Of a stretch of 64,000 nt of DNA, positions 51,442 to 63,426 are shown one piece after another; the first letter of the stretch is position 1; each line of letters begins with the position of its first letter. The notes under the pieces are model-generated. The model had not been told where the DNA came from, made no database searches, and was given only the letters and a program-made list of their open reading frames with translations. The position numbers and the translations under genes were made by a program. This DNA is from Podarcis pityusensis (taxonomy: Eukaryota). The stretch lies in the NCBI GenBank assembly GCA_964106645.2, contig OZ067051.1. The stretch is one strand, 5' to 3'.

Positions 51442-52753
51442 CCTCCTTTGTCTAATTCCCTAGAATGTCATTTTCCTGGACATTTTCAGGGCTTTCCCTG
51501 TTTCCTAGCGATTTCTCACATACGTTAGTAGGGAGTGCCAGACAGAGCCTTGAGGTGGAAACCACCAAGACGTGAGCTCAGTTGAAATGCACGGGCGCAG
51601 AGCAGTGCCGCTGTGCAACTCCTGCTCATTTCACTGGTTGTGTGGGGTTTTTATTCAATTATGTCCTGACTTCCCTTAAAAATTCACGGTGCAATCATTG
51701 TTAGTGCGTCGTGAGGGTGCCATTTGGTTTCTCTGCTGATGCAGGCACTAAAATAACTTGGGGTGTCCCTGTTGCCCACCATCATGACCCCTCCCCTCTG
51801 CCCATTGCCTCTGCATCATCTTAGTAGCCTTTAGTTCCCTCTCTGCTGCTAGGTCTCCCCTTCTCCGTATCCAATGACTTTTTGCCCGGCAGAGAAGTGA
51901 AAGAAAACATCTGCAGTGGCAGAGCAGCACAAATGAAAGGGGAGACTTAGGAGCCATGGAGTAGTCTCACATTGTGCAGTAGCAACACATGCATGGGGTT
52001 TTTTGGGGGGCAGGCTTTTGTTAGGGGGCAAAACCTCAGATTTGTATTGATTCCTATTGATTGGGGGGGCAGCTGTCCCCCCTGCCCCCCTTGGCTATGC
52101 CCATGAGCACATGGTTAGTTTGTGCAGACATTGGGTATAATCTGTCATCAGCACAACATGGGTATAACAAATTGATTTCTTGGGGTGAGAGGGGGTGTGC
52201 TTGTGCATGAGATATAAGCATGTTTGTATTTGCCCCCTTACCACAAGGAGATCAAGACAGCATATATGGGGCTATCACACATCTATACAACAACTCTGTA
52301 GGTGTGAGAGAGTTCAGTTTTATTATTAGGATTTATCTCATGATAGTTTTGATTTTTATACATCACTGAATACTGTAATGACAGAAGGGTGGAATAAAAA
52401 TATTTTAAATAAATAAAATAAAAAGTAACATTAGTGCTCTGAACCCTGAAACTTATTCCCCATTGCCATTTGTTACATTTTTATGTGTTTGACAATCACA
52501 ATTTCACCTTTTTGCATTCTGTAAAAACATTCAGGCTTAGCTATAAAGTTTGAGATGAGTAATTTCATGTTCCAATGAATGGAGTATTTCATGGGTCTTG
52601 TTTTTGCTGCCGCACAACAGACTGATACACAGCTATTCCTCTGGAAATCATTCCTATGGATATGTACAATCTAATTTCCAGTAGGGAATTTACTTAGTGA
52701 CAGAGCTTCTCCCTCCTATCTGCATTCACATTGTTTCTTTCTTTTCTTCATAG

Positions 52754-52837
52754 ATTGAGCTGCAAAAGCGAAAGATGAAGCAAAAGGAACTGTTTATATT
52801 ACAACTTTTAGAAAAAATATCATTCCTTGAAGGAGAG
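52754..52837 (+). CDS. MYZAP: MYZAP exon 11
   Basis: atag|IELQKRKMKQKELFILQLLEKISFLEGE|GTAAGG, 84 nt, symmetric phase 0. Confidence 0.96.
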
Positions 52838-53337
52838 GTAAGGATTATATTTGGCTAATTACTGAAAGTTATTGTTGTTAACTGATACTTAGCCGATTAT
52901 CTTTCCCAGTGTAAAAATGCCTCAAATCTCTGCTAGTTCCGTTAGCTCAGTACAAATATAATAATATAAAAGTTTAACAATGCAGAACATTTATATACTC
53001 TCAATCTGGAAAATTCAAAAACAAATATGAAACACTTCTGATCAAGGCAGCATAATATTAAGAATCAAGTGTCAACAGCATAGAAGGAAAAAGAGGGGGG
53101 AACCATAGAAAATCTATAAACAGAAAACAATACACTATTAATTGAGTATACTCATCAGCTGTATTTGAGTGGCAGTCTAGAGATTTGAGTGAGTCAGGAG
53201 CAGGGATGATAATGAACTAAGTTCTTCCTATATTAGGTAATGCAGACCAGGATGTGTTTGTGTGAATGTGAATGTGAGGGGAAGGGCAGAGGAAATGGAA
53301 ATCCAATACTTTTTCCTTTTATAGGATCACTGTAGCC

Positions 53338-53566
53338 CAGTGGTGTGCAGTCAATGGACGTTAGGGGACTAGACTAGTCCCCTAAATGTTCTGATTAAAT
53401 TAAAGTATTAAAGCCTGGTGCCTCCTTCCCAAAGCCCAGGAAGCTTCTGCCCAGCTTAGGGAGGGAGGTGTGATGCTCACGTGTACGGCATTGCCCCATC
53501 GCCCTCGCATGCTGGCGCCTCTGGCCCTAACTGATCTCCTACAAAAAATGTTGCCGCACGCCACTC
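53338..53566. mobile_element. hAT MITE inserted in an L1 remnant
   Basis: TIRs cagtggtgtgcag / ccgcacgccactc, TSD ctgtagcc/ttgtagcc. Adjacent 53583-53800 encodes an L1-like ORF2 end on the minus strand (WDIGLVEKLTNKL...FTTVW). Confidence 0.75.
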
Positions 53567-55278
53567 TTGTAGCCATGTAGAGCTATATGTTATAAGGGGG
53601 ATTGATTATTGTCTGGAAGACTTGCATACATAATAAATTAAGCCAAACTGTTGTGAAGTTATCCTTTTGTTTCTGCTCCTTCAACAACCATAATTTATTA
53701 GTTAGTTTTTCCACTAGGCCAATGTCCCATATACTTTTGTACGAATGATCTAAGTTTACTCTGAAATATTTTTCCAATGTCTAGCTAAAATATTCCTAGA
53801 CATTATATCACAACTAATTTTGTTAGATTTTAATTATGGTGTGTGATGCCTTCTACTTTTGGATTAACTTGTAGGTTGGTTTTGTGGTTTGTATTAGATA
53901 GCAAGTCTACTTAGGCAGCACCTATCTTCCTACATGTTCTGTGAAACACCTATTTTTCAGGCACTCAACAAATTAAAAAAATTAAAATTATATTTTGCAC
54001 AGATGAGCAGTAACATGTAAAGAGAAGCCTGTGAAAATTAATAGAAACATCTTTTCACATTTGTGGTTAGATTTGGGAGGGGAAAACACAGGAAGCTGCC
54101 GTTTGCAGAGTCAAACCATTCTTCCATCTAGCTCAGTATTGTCTACTCCACCAATGGTTCCCAATTGGTTAAGTATTGTGGACCTCCTGTTTTTCAAAAG
54201 CCAATCCATGGACTCCATGTTTTTGACTATGGTAGTTTGTGTTACGTGAATGGTGCCACGGACCCCCTGGGTCAGTTACGCGGACTGCCCAGTGATCCGT
54301 GGACCACCAATTGGGAACCACTGGTCTACACTCTACATTGACTAACAGCAGTTCAACAGGATTTCAGAAAGAGGTTTCACCCAGCCCTACCTGGAGATGC
54401 TTGGGACTGAACCTGGGGCCTTCTGCATGCAAAGCAGAGGCTCTACTGCTGAGTGACAGCTTTTCCAGGAAAACCCTGGAAGCTAGATCAGAGTGTTAGC
54501 ATCTCATTGCTCCCACTTGCAAAACCTGTCAGGACCCATAGGAGCTGTGACATGAAAGGGAGCGAAGCACTGGATAAGTCTCCCCTGTCCATAGGACGCT
54601 CTCCTCCAAATCACTCAAAAAAGGAGAGGGTAAGAGAAAATCCAGATTGAGAGAGGAGAATGTGTGGGAAGGCAGCTATTGGAGGGGAATGTCATATGAA
54701 CAACAGAGAATTAATGGAAGTACAGGAAGCTTACTATCCACACTGAATGACAGTAAGGATGAGTCCTAAGTCCAACACTCTCCACTCCTCTCCCATGCCA
54801 GCTTTCATCTTTTTCCTTTCTCACTTTCTGCACCTCCAGTTTAAGAAATTCCCTATAAGCTTCCTTTTAAACACCTCCTGCTCCCCCACCTCTGTTGTCT
54901 TAATGTTCTCCTTCAATGGTAAAAATAAACAAAGCAAGCCTCTCTTAATCTAAAGAGATTAAATGATAGGCTATGCAGTGGCAGTGGCTAAGAGTGTTCA
55001 CTTAGGACAGGGGAGGAGACTCTGGTTCGAGGCCCTCCCTGGGTGACCTTGGGACTGGTCACCATCTCTAACCGGGTTCAGCAACAGGGGTGGGGCCTGG
55101 AGCAGGAGGAGTCATGTACACTATCATGAGCTTCTCTCAAAAATTAAAAAAGATACTAATGAAGAAAATTTCTGTGAGGGAAGTCCTTTGCTTTACAGTA
55201 TGCATGTGTAACAATTAATTGCAGGGCCTGCTGGGATATTGAACTGAAGAATTGAGTTGTCAACTTTGTCTGTTTCAG

Positions 55279-55379
55279 AATAAAGAATTACAAGACCGTT
55301 TGGATTACTTGATGGAGTCACAGTCAAGGACTGATGTAGAAACCAGGGATGTTGGAGTAGGATGTGACCTTCCACTGAG
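55279..55379 (+). CDS. MYZAP: MYZAP exon 12
   Basis: tcag|NKELQDRLDYLMESQSRTDVETRDVGVGCDLPL+AG|GTATCT, 101 nt, phase 2. Confidence 0.95.
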
Positions 55380-57953
55380 GTATCTGGGCTTGAATCCATT
55401 CAGGGGAAATCCTTTTTAGCCCACTTCGTTGAGAGACAGAGACAACTAAAGCAGCTGCCACCCCTTTCCAAATTCATGGAATTGTGAAGTTTTTTTTGGA
55501 GGGGGAACGTGGGCAGGTGGGCATTTCCGTGGGTGAAATGGTGCTTCTTCAAGGCCAAATGAGGAACAGTGATTTGTCACGCGTAATAAACTTTTATATG
55601 CTTGCTGTGTTTCAGCTTGCCAGAGGAGCCTGAAGTCTTAGCGGCACGCTGAATAAGTCATTTCACTAGAGCAGTTTAATGAAGCACTAATAAGATTACT
55701 CAGTTATGATTTTGCCCTTCTGACATTAACAACCAGCTACGCTGGTTTCCAGAGCTTCAGCCTAGAGGCAGCGATAATAAGACAAGTTAAGAAATTTCCA
55801 GGCCGTGTGACAGCTATTTATGTGATGCTTCCTGGGGACCCTCAAGGTGCCAAAGCATCTATATGTGGTTCATTTGGAAATTTATCATTGACCTTTACTC
55901 TGCTTAGCTTTATGGAGCCCTTTATTTTTCCTGTTTAATTTTTATAAGTAAATAAGAATTAATGATTTTTTATGGCTTGAGGAAAGCTCTTAAGGCCCTA
56001 AACCAAAAGAATGTGTATGGGGAACGTGGCAGATGTTCCTCAGTTTGTAGCAACTTGGCAAATGCCAGTAAAACAAACAAACAAACCAGGAAGAGGCTTT
56101 TTTCACGCTGTTTATGAATAGTTAATTGCCATTCATCAGGCATAGGCTTAATGTATTTTCTGCACAACGAAATAAAGAGACCCAATAATATCCAAATACA
56201 ACCTATATTATACTAATAATAAGTTTTCAACCATGTGCAAAAGTGTTAAGTAGCAATTAATACCAACAACTATGGATCACTGGTAAAACATCTGTTTAAA
56301 TAAAGTCTTTTGCAAGTTCTTATACATAAATAATAACTTCTAGTTCCTGGGGGAAAAGTTCTTAATCAGATTCCAGTTTGAACGCTAAAGTCTCTGAATG
56401 CATGTGTCTCTGGGGACTTGCATGTACTTCACATGTGACCCTTAAACAGACTTGTGAGAGGGGAATGCTTTCTGTGGGTTGATCGTGTGCCACTCTGGCA
56501 CATGGTTCCAGGTTCCAGGAATTCACACCAAGAGCTTGAGTTGTACAAGATATATTAAGGTAGGGTGGGGAAAGGAAGTTCAATTACACACTAAATAGTG
56601 CTTTCCTTGGGCTCCCCCCCCCCCCAATAATCTACTGCACTCTAACCCCCAAAGTGGAGAAAGAGATCTCCAGTGGAGAACAGAGAAAGAGAGAGAGGTT
56701 GCTAACTAGAGTAAATTTAAAGGGTTGGGAATCAGAGGAGTTCCTGCAGTTGCAAATGACTAAATAACTAGTGGTTGTGGGTGGGTGTTGATGCTAGGGC
56801 CAAGCATCCAGGCCAGAGTTCCTCTGCTTCAGGTTCTCTTACGATTTTTCAGCTCTTGGGACCCACAAGCTCTGATATTCAGTTGCTCTGAGTAAGACTG
56901 CAGTGGGAAGCAGATGAGAATGGTGGGTGTGTACAGAAAGAAGTTCCAAGCATGTGCCAGAATCTGTTCTCTTTTTTGGGAGTCTGGTTTCAAAGGAATG
57001 GCTGGAAGAGAAGAGGAGAAAGGAGACAAAGGCTGAGCTTTCCCAACCCTTATTAGTTAAAAACTCATTTGAAGCTCTGCTTGAGATTGCTATTGTGCCT
57101 CAGGTGTGATGTTTTTATGCTGGTTCCTCAGGAAGTATGATACAAGTATTGTCTTATTTGCCCAGGTACTTAATAACCCACATATGAACCAAAGGTTATT
57201 GTTTACCTTGATTTTGCATGATAGGTAGATCTTCTACCTACACTTCGGGAGGGGGGGGGTGATTGGAGTCATCTTTTGTGGAGCTCAGTAGGTCAACCTT
57301 TTGTAAGCCAGTTACTGTCAATTCCTGTGGGTGTTGCAGTGTAAAAAATTTGAGAGTCAAATTACCTGCCCTGGGGTTTAGGGAGCAGAGCTATTCCCAG
57401 CATGCATCACTGTTCTCCCCACTTTTCCAGTTCAGTGTCTGGAGACTAAAGGTGGACTGCAGTGGGCTGCCATGTTACTACAAGTTGCATGTTAGATGCA
57501 ATTCTTCCAACATGCTGTGTCTTTTTTAAAAAATAAAGAACTAGCAGCCTCATACCCAGTGTTGCTTGGGAATTCCAAGAAACCAAAAACCAGTGCAGTT
57601 TTGAAAGGTTCAGTCCAACATTTTGATTCAAAATGGCATCCAGATGTATCCAAAGATAGATCAAGACTTGCTCCTTGGTCTCAGGAACCATCATTCAAAA
57701 TTTGGTTTTGATATTTTAAGGTCTCCAAATATTGAACAGACTCTATAACGAACCATCAAACAATTTTCTAAAACATGTAGAAGATTTGTTTCTGGTTACC
57801 AGCTGTGCTGCATGAAGGACTTTCCTCACTCTACTGGCTCAAGGAAAGAGTTATATTTGCTGCGGATTCCTTTTCATTGGTTTTGATCAGCCAAACAGTA
57901 TTGGTTGATTTCTCGAGTGTCTAACATTTTGTGCTGTTGGTTTTCATTCCTAG

Positions 57954-58125
57954 CACTGAGAACAGCGGCACATCTTCCGAGACACCAAAGCCTGCCAGGA
58001 CATACACTCCATTCAAGAGAGTCTTGGAGTATTCGTCAAAGCGCAGCACAACTGCCATCGTTCCAGGCCCAGGAACTCCTCACACATGTTCCAGCGTCTT
58101 GAAACTCTGCAGCTTGAAGGACTGA
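57954..58125 (+). CDS. MYZAP: MYZAP exon 13 (last coding exon)
   Basis: cctag|C+TENSGTSSETPKPARTYTPFKRVLEYSSKRSTTAIVPGPGTPHTCSSVLKLCSLKD-TGA. RTYTPFKRVLE matches recalled human RNYTPYTRVLE. Confidence 0.9.
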
Positions 58126-59163
58126 TGAGGCAGAGACGCCTTTCAGACACTTTGTTCATGAAGCTGCCCTGTATTTATTTGCAAGGGAACCAAAGGTGAG
58201 CAAAACCTCTGCCTCTGTTCCTTTTTTAGAGGAAGGAGTATGCAAAGTCACCTGCCACATTTTGAGCACACCTGAAGGAGAGGCTGCTGGACAGCAATCC
58301 TAACTGCACATGGAAACTCAATTCTCATTTGAACTTTAATCTAATTCTACTTCACAGAAGTGCCATTTTCTTTCCTTGACTAGGGCATTAATTTCAATGT
58401 TACTCATTTCCTTTTTGGAAAAGTGGTAGTTACAGCCAAAGATATATTGGCAGTTTGCTTGGGAAGGAAGTCTCTGCTTTTTTAGCTCTTTAAGATGCTG
58501 ATTCTGAAAACACTGAATGGGACCACGGCGCTCCTGAAGAGGGAGGCAGGGACCACCACCAAGGAAGCATGCCAGGGGTGCTCTTGTGAGCTTTGTGGAA
58601 AGGAATGAAATTTGTTGGGTTTCTGCAACAAGGCACGTAGCTTTCTAATCTGTTAACTACCAAGTTTATTTCTGAGATCCACAGTTTCTTTTCAAAGGGA
58701 CTTTTTCAGTCTTTCATACGCACCTCTCATCTGTCTCCAGGAAATGTAGCGTTGGTTCTTCATGTATTTTAATACCTGGAAATACTTACGTGTCTATTTA
58801 TAACCTTCCTGTTTAACAAAGCCTATTATTTTGTATATTGAAAATCCCTGAATGCTGTTCCCCTGAAATATGGTTAAAAATCCTTTGTACTGAAGCTTAA
58901 GCCACATTTGACTAACTCACTGTATATGCATTTTTATAATGTGCTATGTTGTATTTTAATGTCATTTAACATCAGTGCTGGAGGGACTAGCTATTCCCCA
59001 AGGAATACACAATGTGTAAGAGTTAACAGGGAAAATGTTGATTTAAAATGATTAGCATCATGCTTTTAAAGACTCTGGCCCATTGTCACTGTGTTTCACA
59101 TTTGACTATACTCTTTCAACAGAGCTCTTGTTATTTTCATGTATGTGCACTACTTAATTAGTA

Positions 59164-59304
59164 AATAAAAAAGAACACTGTATAGGAAGTCTGAGGCCAT
59201 ATGAGTCACTTGGATAACTCTGCGCAAGAGAACTAATTGCTTAGGATACCATCCAGCCACCTCAGTTCCTTCCCACTTGGCTCTAGTGTGCCTGTTTGAA
59301 TAAA
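59164..59304 (+). terminator. Candidate MYZAP polyadenylation signals
   Basis: AATAAA at 59164-59169 and 59299-59304, about 1.0-1.2 kb after the stop and following an AU-rich UTR-like stretch. Confidence 0.45.
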
Positions 59305-60153
59305 TAATTTTTGCAAATTGTACCAAAGGCAACATATTCTACATTTACAAATGGAGGGAAAACCTAAATATGAAGTATATATTCCCTGTGATGTTATATA
59401 TTCCATTTATATTGTTATGAAATTGTTACTGTGGGTGGGACTATCATGCCTTTGCCCTTGGCTTCCCAAGGCAATACGTGGTCAGAGTCTGGGATTTGAT
59501 GAAGTAATGTTAATGGTTTCCAGCGTGAGTGAATGCCTAGGAAGTAGTTTGAGATTGTTCTGGAAGGTTGTGAATGGAGAGAGAGACATCGGAGATTGAG
59601 GAAGAAGAGTGGCATTCCTGTTGCTGTCATGGGGAGGAGGCTGAAGTCTCTGAGTGAAGCAAACTGCACTTTGCAACAGAAGGAGAGAGTGCAGCGCTGA
59701 GGGAGCTGAAACGTTGAAAGCACCTGGGTGTGCCTCTTTCTGGAGATTTGATTTATTGCCATTTGTAAATAAATCTGATAATACAAAATGCCGCAAGTCT
59801 CTAGTGTTCCGTCCTCCGAAAAAATGCAAGCACTTGGAAAGCACCTGCACACCTGGAAATCTTCATCACTTGGAGAAGTGAGGACCATGTGACAATATGT
59901 ACTGTAGCAGCAAAGTGGATTGGGTTCAAAATGGCAAGAAATATGGGGCTTGAGGGCCCAGACTCTTTTAGTGCTTTGCCTTTTCTTCATATACTTTGGA
60001 CAAAAAATCTTGAGTCATGTGTGGGGCAGTCCTACAAACGTAAACAGAGTCTTGCTGCTGGAATCAGACTAAAGGGTCTTCTGGTCCAACATCCTGCAAA
60101 CAGCACTCTCCTAGGCATGTTTACTCAGAAGTAAGTCCCAGTATGTTTGTTTA

Positions 60154-62176
60154 TTTTTTTAAAAATGATATTTATTAAAATTTCAGAAAAAAGAGTCACA
60201 TAAAAACAAGAAAAGCAAAAACAAAGGACAGAAATAAAAATACAAGAAAAATACAAAATACAAAATACAGAATAAAAGAATAAAAAACACTTAAAAAAAT
60301 AGATCAATCTTTCCATGCCTTACATTCATATCCTTGTTTCCCTGACCTCCTCATACCTCCCTTTTTTGTATTCCAATTCAATTAGTTAATTCAGCAATTT
60401 CTTTCCCTCTTTATTTTCTCTTAATCCTTTAACTTAATATACTATAACTTTAAATTTTCATCTGTTATCAATCCATTTTTACATACACCTTTATAGCATT
60501 ACTGCTTAAACCACCTAACTTCATTCTAACATCATTCTAACATTCATTAATTTTGCAATATTTCTGTAGATAGTCTTTAAATTTATTCCAATCTTCTTCC
60601 ACCAACTCTTCTCCCTGGTCTCAGATTCTGCCAGTCATTTCCGCCAATTCCATGTAGTCCATCACCTTCATCTGCCATTCTTCCAGAGTGGGTAATAATA
60701 ATAATAATAATAATAATATTTATTACGGCCATAGGCCCATACAGAAAAAAACAAGACATAAATAACAGCTTGTGCACGTGGGTAAAAACAGCCGCTAAAA
60801 CACCACTGTAACAATAAAATACTATGAGATGGAATGACATACTGCGCCTTAATTAGCTTGTAGTGCTCCAGAGTGGGTAGTTAGCTTGTAGTGCTCCAGA
60901 GTGGGTAGTTCTTGTGTCTTCCAATACTTTGCAATAAGTATTCTTGCTGCTGTTGTGGCATACATAAAGAAAGTTCTATCCTTCTTTAACACCAATTGGC
61001 CCACTATGCCCAGGAGAAAGGCCTCTGGTTTCTTCAAGAAGGTATATTTAAATACCTTTTTCAATTCATTATAGATCATCTCCCAGAAAGCCTTAATCCT
61101 TGGGCACGTCCACCAAAGGTGAAAGAATGTACCTTCAGTTTCTTTACATTTCCAACATTTATTGTCGGGCAAATGATAGATTTTTGCAAGCTTGACTGGT
61201 GTCATGTACCACCTGTATATCATTTTCATAATATTCTCTCTTAAGGCATTGCATGCCGTAAACTTCATACCTGTGGTCCATAACTGTTCCCAGTCAGCCA
61301 TCATTATGTTATGTCCAACATCTTGAGCCCATTTAATCATAGCAGATTTCACCGTTTCATCCTGAGTATTCCATTTCAACAGCAAGTTATACATCTTTGA
61401 CAAAATCTTAGTTTTGGGTTCTAACAGTTCTGTTTCTAATTTTGATTTTTCCACCTGGAAGCCAATTTTCTTATCCAAATTATATGCCTCCATTATCTGA
61501 TAATAATGAAGCCAGTCTCGCACTTTGTTTTTTAATTTCTCAAAACTCTGCAGTTTCAATCTATCTCCATCTTGTTCTAAAATTTCCCAATATTTCGGCC
61601 ATTTGACCTCCATATTGAGCTTTCTCAGAGCCTTCGCTTCCATCGGTGACAGCCATCTTGGAGTTTTATTTTCAAGTAGATCCTTATATCTTATCCAAAC
61701 ATTAAACAATGCTTTCCTGACAATATGGTTTTTAAATGCTTTATGTGCTTTGACCTTATCATACCACAAATATGCATGCCATCCAAATACATTGTTAAAA
61801 CCTTCTAAGTCCAAAATGTCTGCGTTTTCCAGAAGCAGCCATTCTTTCAACCAGCAAAAAGCTGCTGATTCATAATAAAGTTTAAGGTCTGGCAGGGCAA
61901 ATCCACCTCTTTCCTTTGCATTTGTTAGTATTTTAAATTTTATTCTAGGCTTCTTGCCCTGCCAGACAAATCTAGAAATATCTCTCTGCCACTTCTTGAA
62001 ACAGTCCATTTTGTCCACAATTTGCAATGTTTGAAACAAAAACAACATTTTAGGCAATACATTCATTTTTATTGCAGCAATACGACCCAGCAGTGAAAGC
62101 TTCAAATTTGACCAAATTTCTAAATCTTTTTTCACTTCGGCCCAGCATTTTTCATAGTTGTCTTTAAATAAATTCC
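60154..62176 (-). mobile_element. Young 5'-truncated L1-clade LINE (ORF2 C-terminal part and 3' UTR)
   Basis: About 420 stop-free codons including GRIAAIKMNVLPK, FVWQGKKPRI, GGFALPDLKLYY and the zinc knuckle CWKC...HLWWTC. 17-bp TSD CCCAGTATGTTTGTTTA (60137-60153, 62177-62193). Confidence 0.95.
60695..60894 (-). mobile_element. Short non-LTR retroposon 3' end nested in the L1
   Basis: Tail ggcctatggccgtaataaa(tat)n; TSD TCCAGAGTGGGTA (60682-60694, 60895-60907). It interrupts L1 ORF2 at ELPTLE|EWQMKVMDY. Confidence 0.85.
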
Positions 62177-63294
62177 CCCAGTATGTTTGTTTAAAGCATT
62201 TCCACCCACTCTTCTGCCCAACCAAGCTCCCAGAGCAGCTCACAATCTAAAAAGACATGACACAAAAGAAAAAAGAAACAGGAGGGAGGAGGGGGGAAAG
62301 CAAATTCATGCACTAATTCTGCAGGGCATGGAACTAGATCTACTGCTCCATATTCCAGGTTCTTTGAACATAATGGAGGAAATCGAACACTGACAAGGAC
62401 TTGTCATTGAGCCTACCTAGCAGCAAAGAAGGAATACTTTACTATCTCCATTGCATCCTCTTTGTACCATCCAGCAGAGCTTTTCCAGGTGGTGCAGGAC
62501 ATTTCACAGTCTCTCCAGAAGAAGGTGACAGAAGGTGGTAGCTCGCTGTGACTTGTTTGCAAAGCAGTTTTAAGGATAAAATTGCTTGCATCCATGGGGA
62601 CCTTGACTCCTTTAGGCACCAAGCAAAAAAACACTCTTCTGCCAGGCCTTTGGCTAATTAAACAACATATGACCTTTTATACGGGAGCCGGGGTGGGTAT
62701 TATTTTTCTTTGTTGCTATGTTACACATTTTGCAATATAGAACCGCCCTGTGATCCTTGGATGAAGGGTGGTATACACATTTAATAAATAAATTAAAAAT
62801 AAATGATAATGGTGTACAAAACCCAGGACACCTTAAGAACCCCCTTGCCCTAGACATCCCAAGTTGATCACTGAGATCATCTGGGAGAACAGGGTCCCCA
62901 TGGAGCAGAAGCTTGACTTATGTCAATGAGAAGTTGTGCCTTCAGTGTTCTGGGCCCAACTTTGGAATTCCCTGCTTCTAGAAGTCAGATAGGCACCACC
63001 CAATGAGTTTCAGGTACCTGGTTAAAATCATATTTCAGGAGGCTGTTGCATCATGAATGCTTCTCTGGCGTTTCAAAATTTCTTGATGTTTTCATTTAAT
63101 TTCTGAGGTTTAATTTATGTTGCATTGATTATATTTTTATTGCTGTAAGCCGCTTTGAGAGCTAGGTGATGACAAGCAGGGGTATACACCTTTAAAATAA
63201 AGAGATCTAAGCACAATGGAAGGCCTGCTACTACTCTCAGTAATGGTAGTTGGCAGCTGGAGGTATATCCAGGCAAAGTGGAGAGTGCCTAACT

Positions 63295-63426
63295 CGGGCA
63301 CAGGCAAACCCGGCCCTCCAGATGTTTTGAGACCACAATTCCCATCATCCCTGACCACTGGTCCTGTTAGGGATGATGGGAGTTGTAGTCCGAAAACATC
63401 TGGAGGGCCGAGTTTGCCTATTCCTG
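63295..63426. mobile_element. Palindromic hAT MITE
   Basis: Near-perfect inverted repeat over its whole length; perfect TSD GCCTAACT (63287-63294, 63427-63434). Degraded relatives at ~255-370, ~3160-3300 and ~12617-12737. Confidence 0.9.

Noticed and set aside
58122-58145. CTGATGA-GGC...GCC hairpin overlapping the MYZAP stop, as a hammerhead
   Set aside because: Followed by TTTC rather than GAAA, so the catalytic core is incomplete.
59415-59990. 191-aa minus-strand ORF and overlapping ORFs
   Set aside because: No recognisable homology, coding-like composition or splice context; not POLR2M.
60849-62243. 464-aa ORF as a host gene
   Set aside because: It is a 5'-truncated L1 ORF2 bounded by a TSD; its apparent start lies outside the element and its end lies in a nested insertion.
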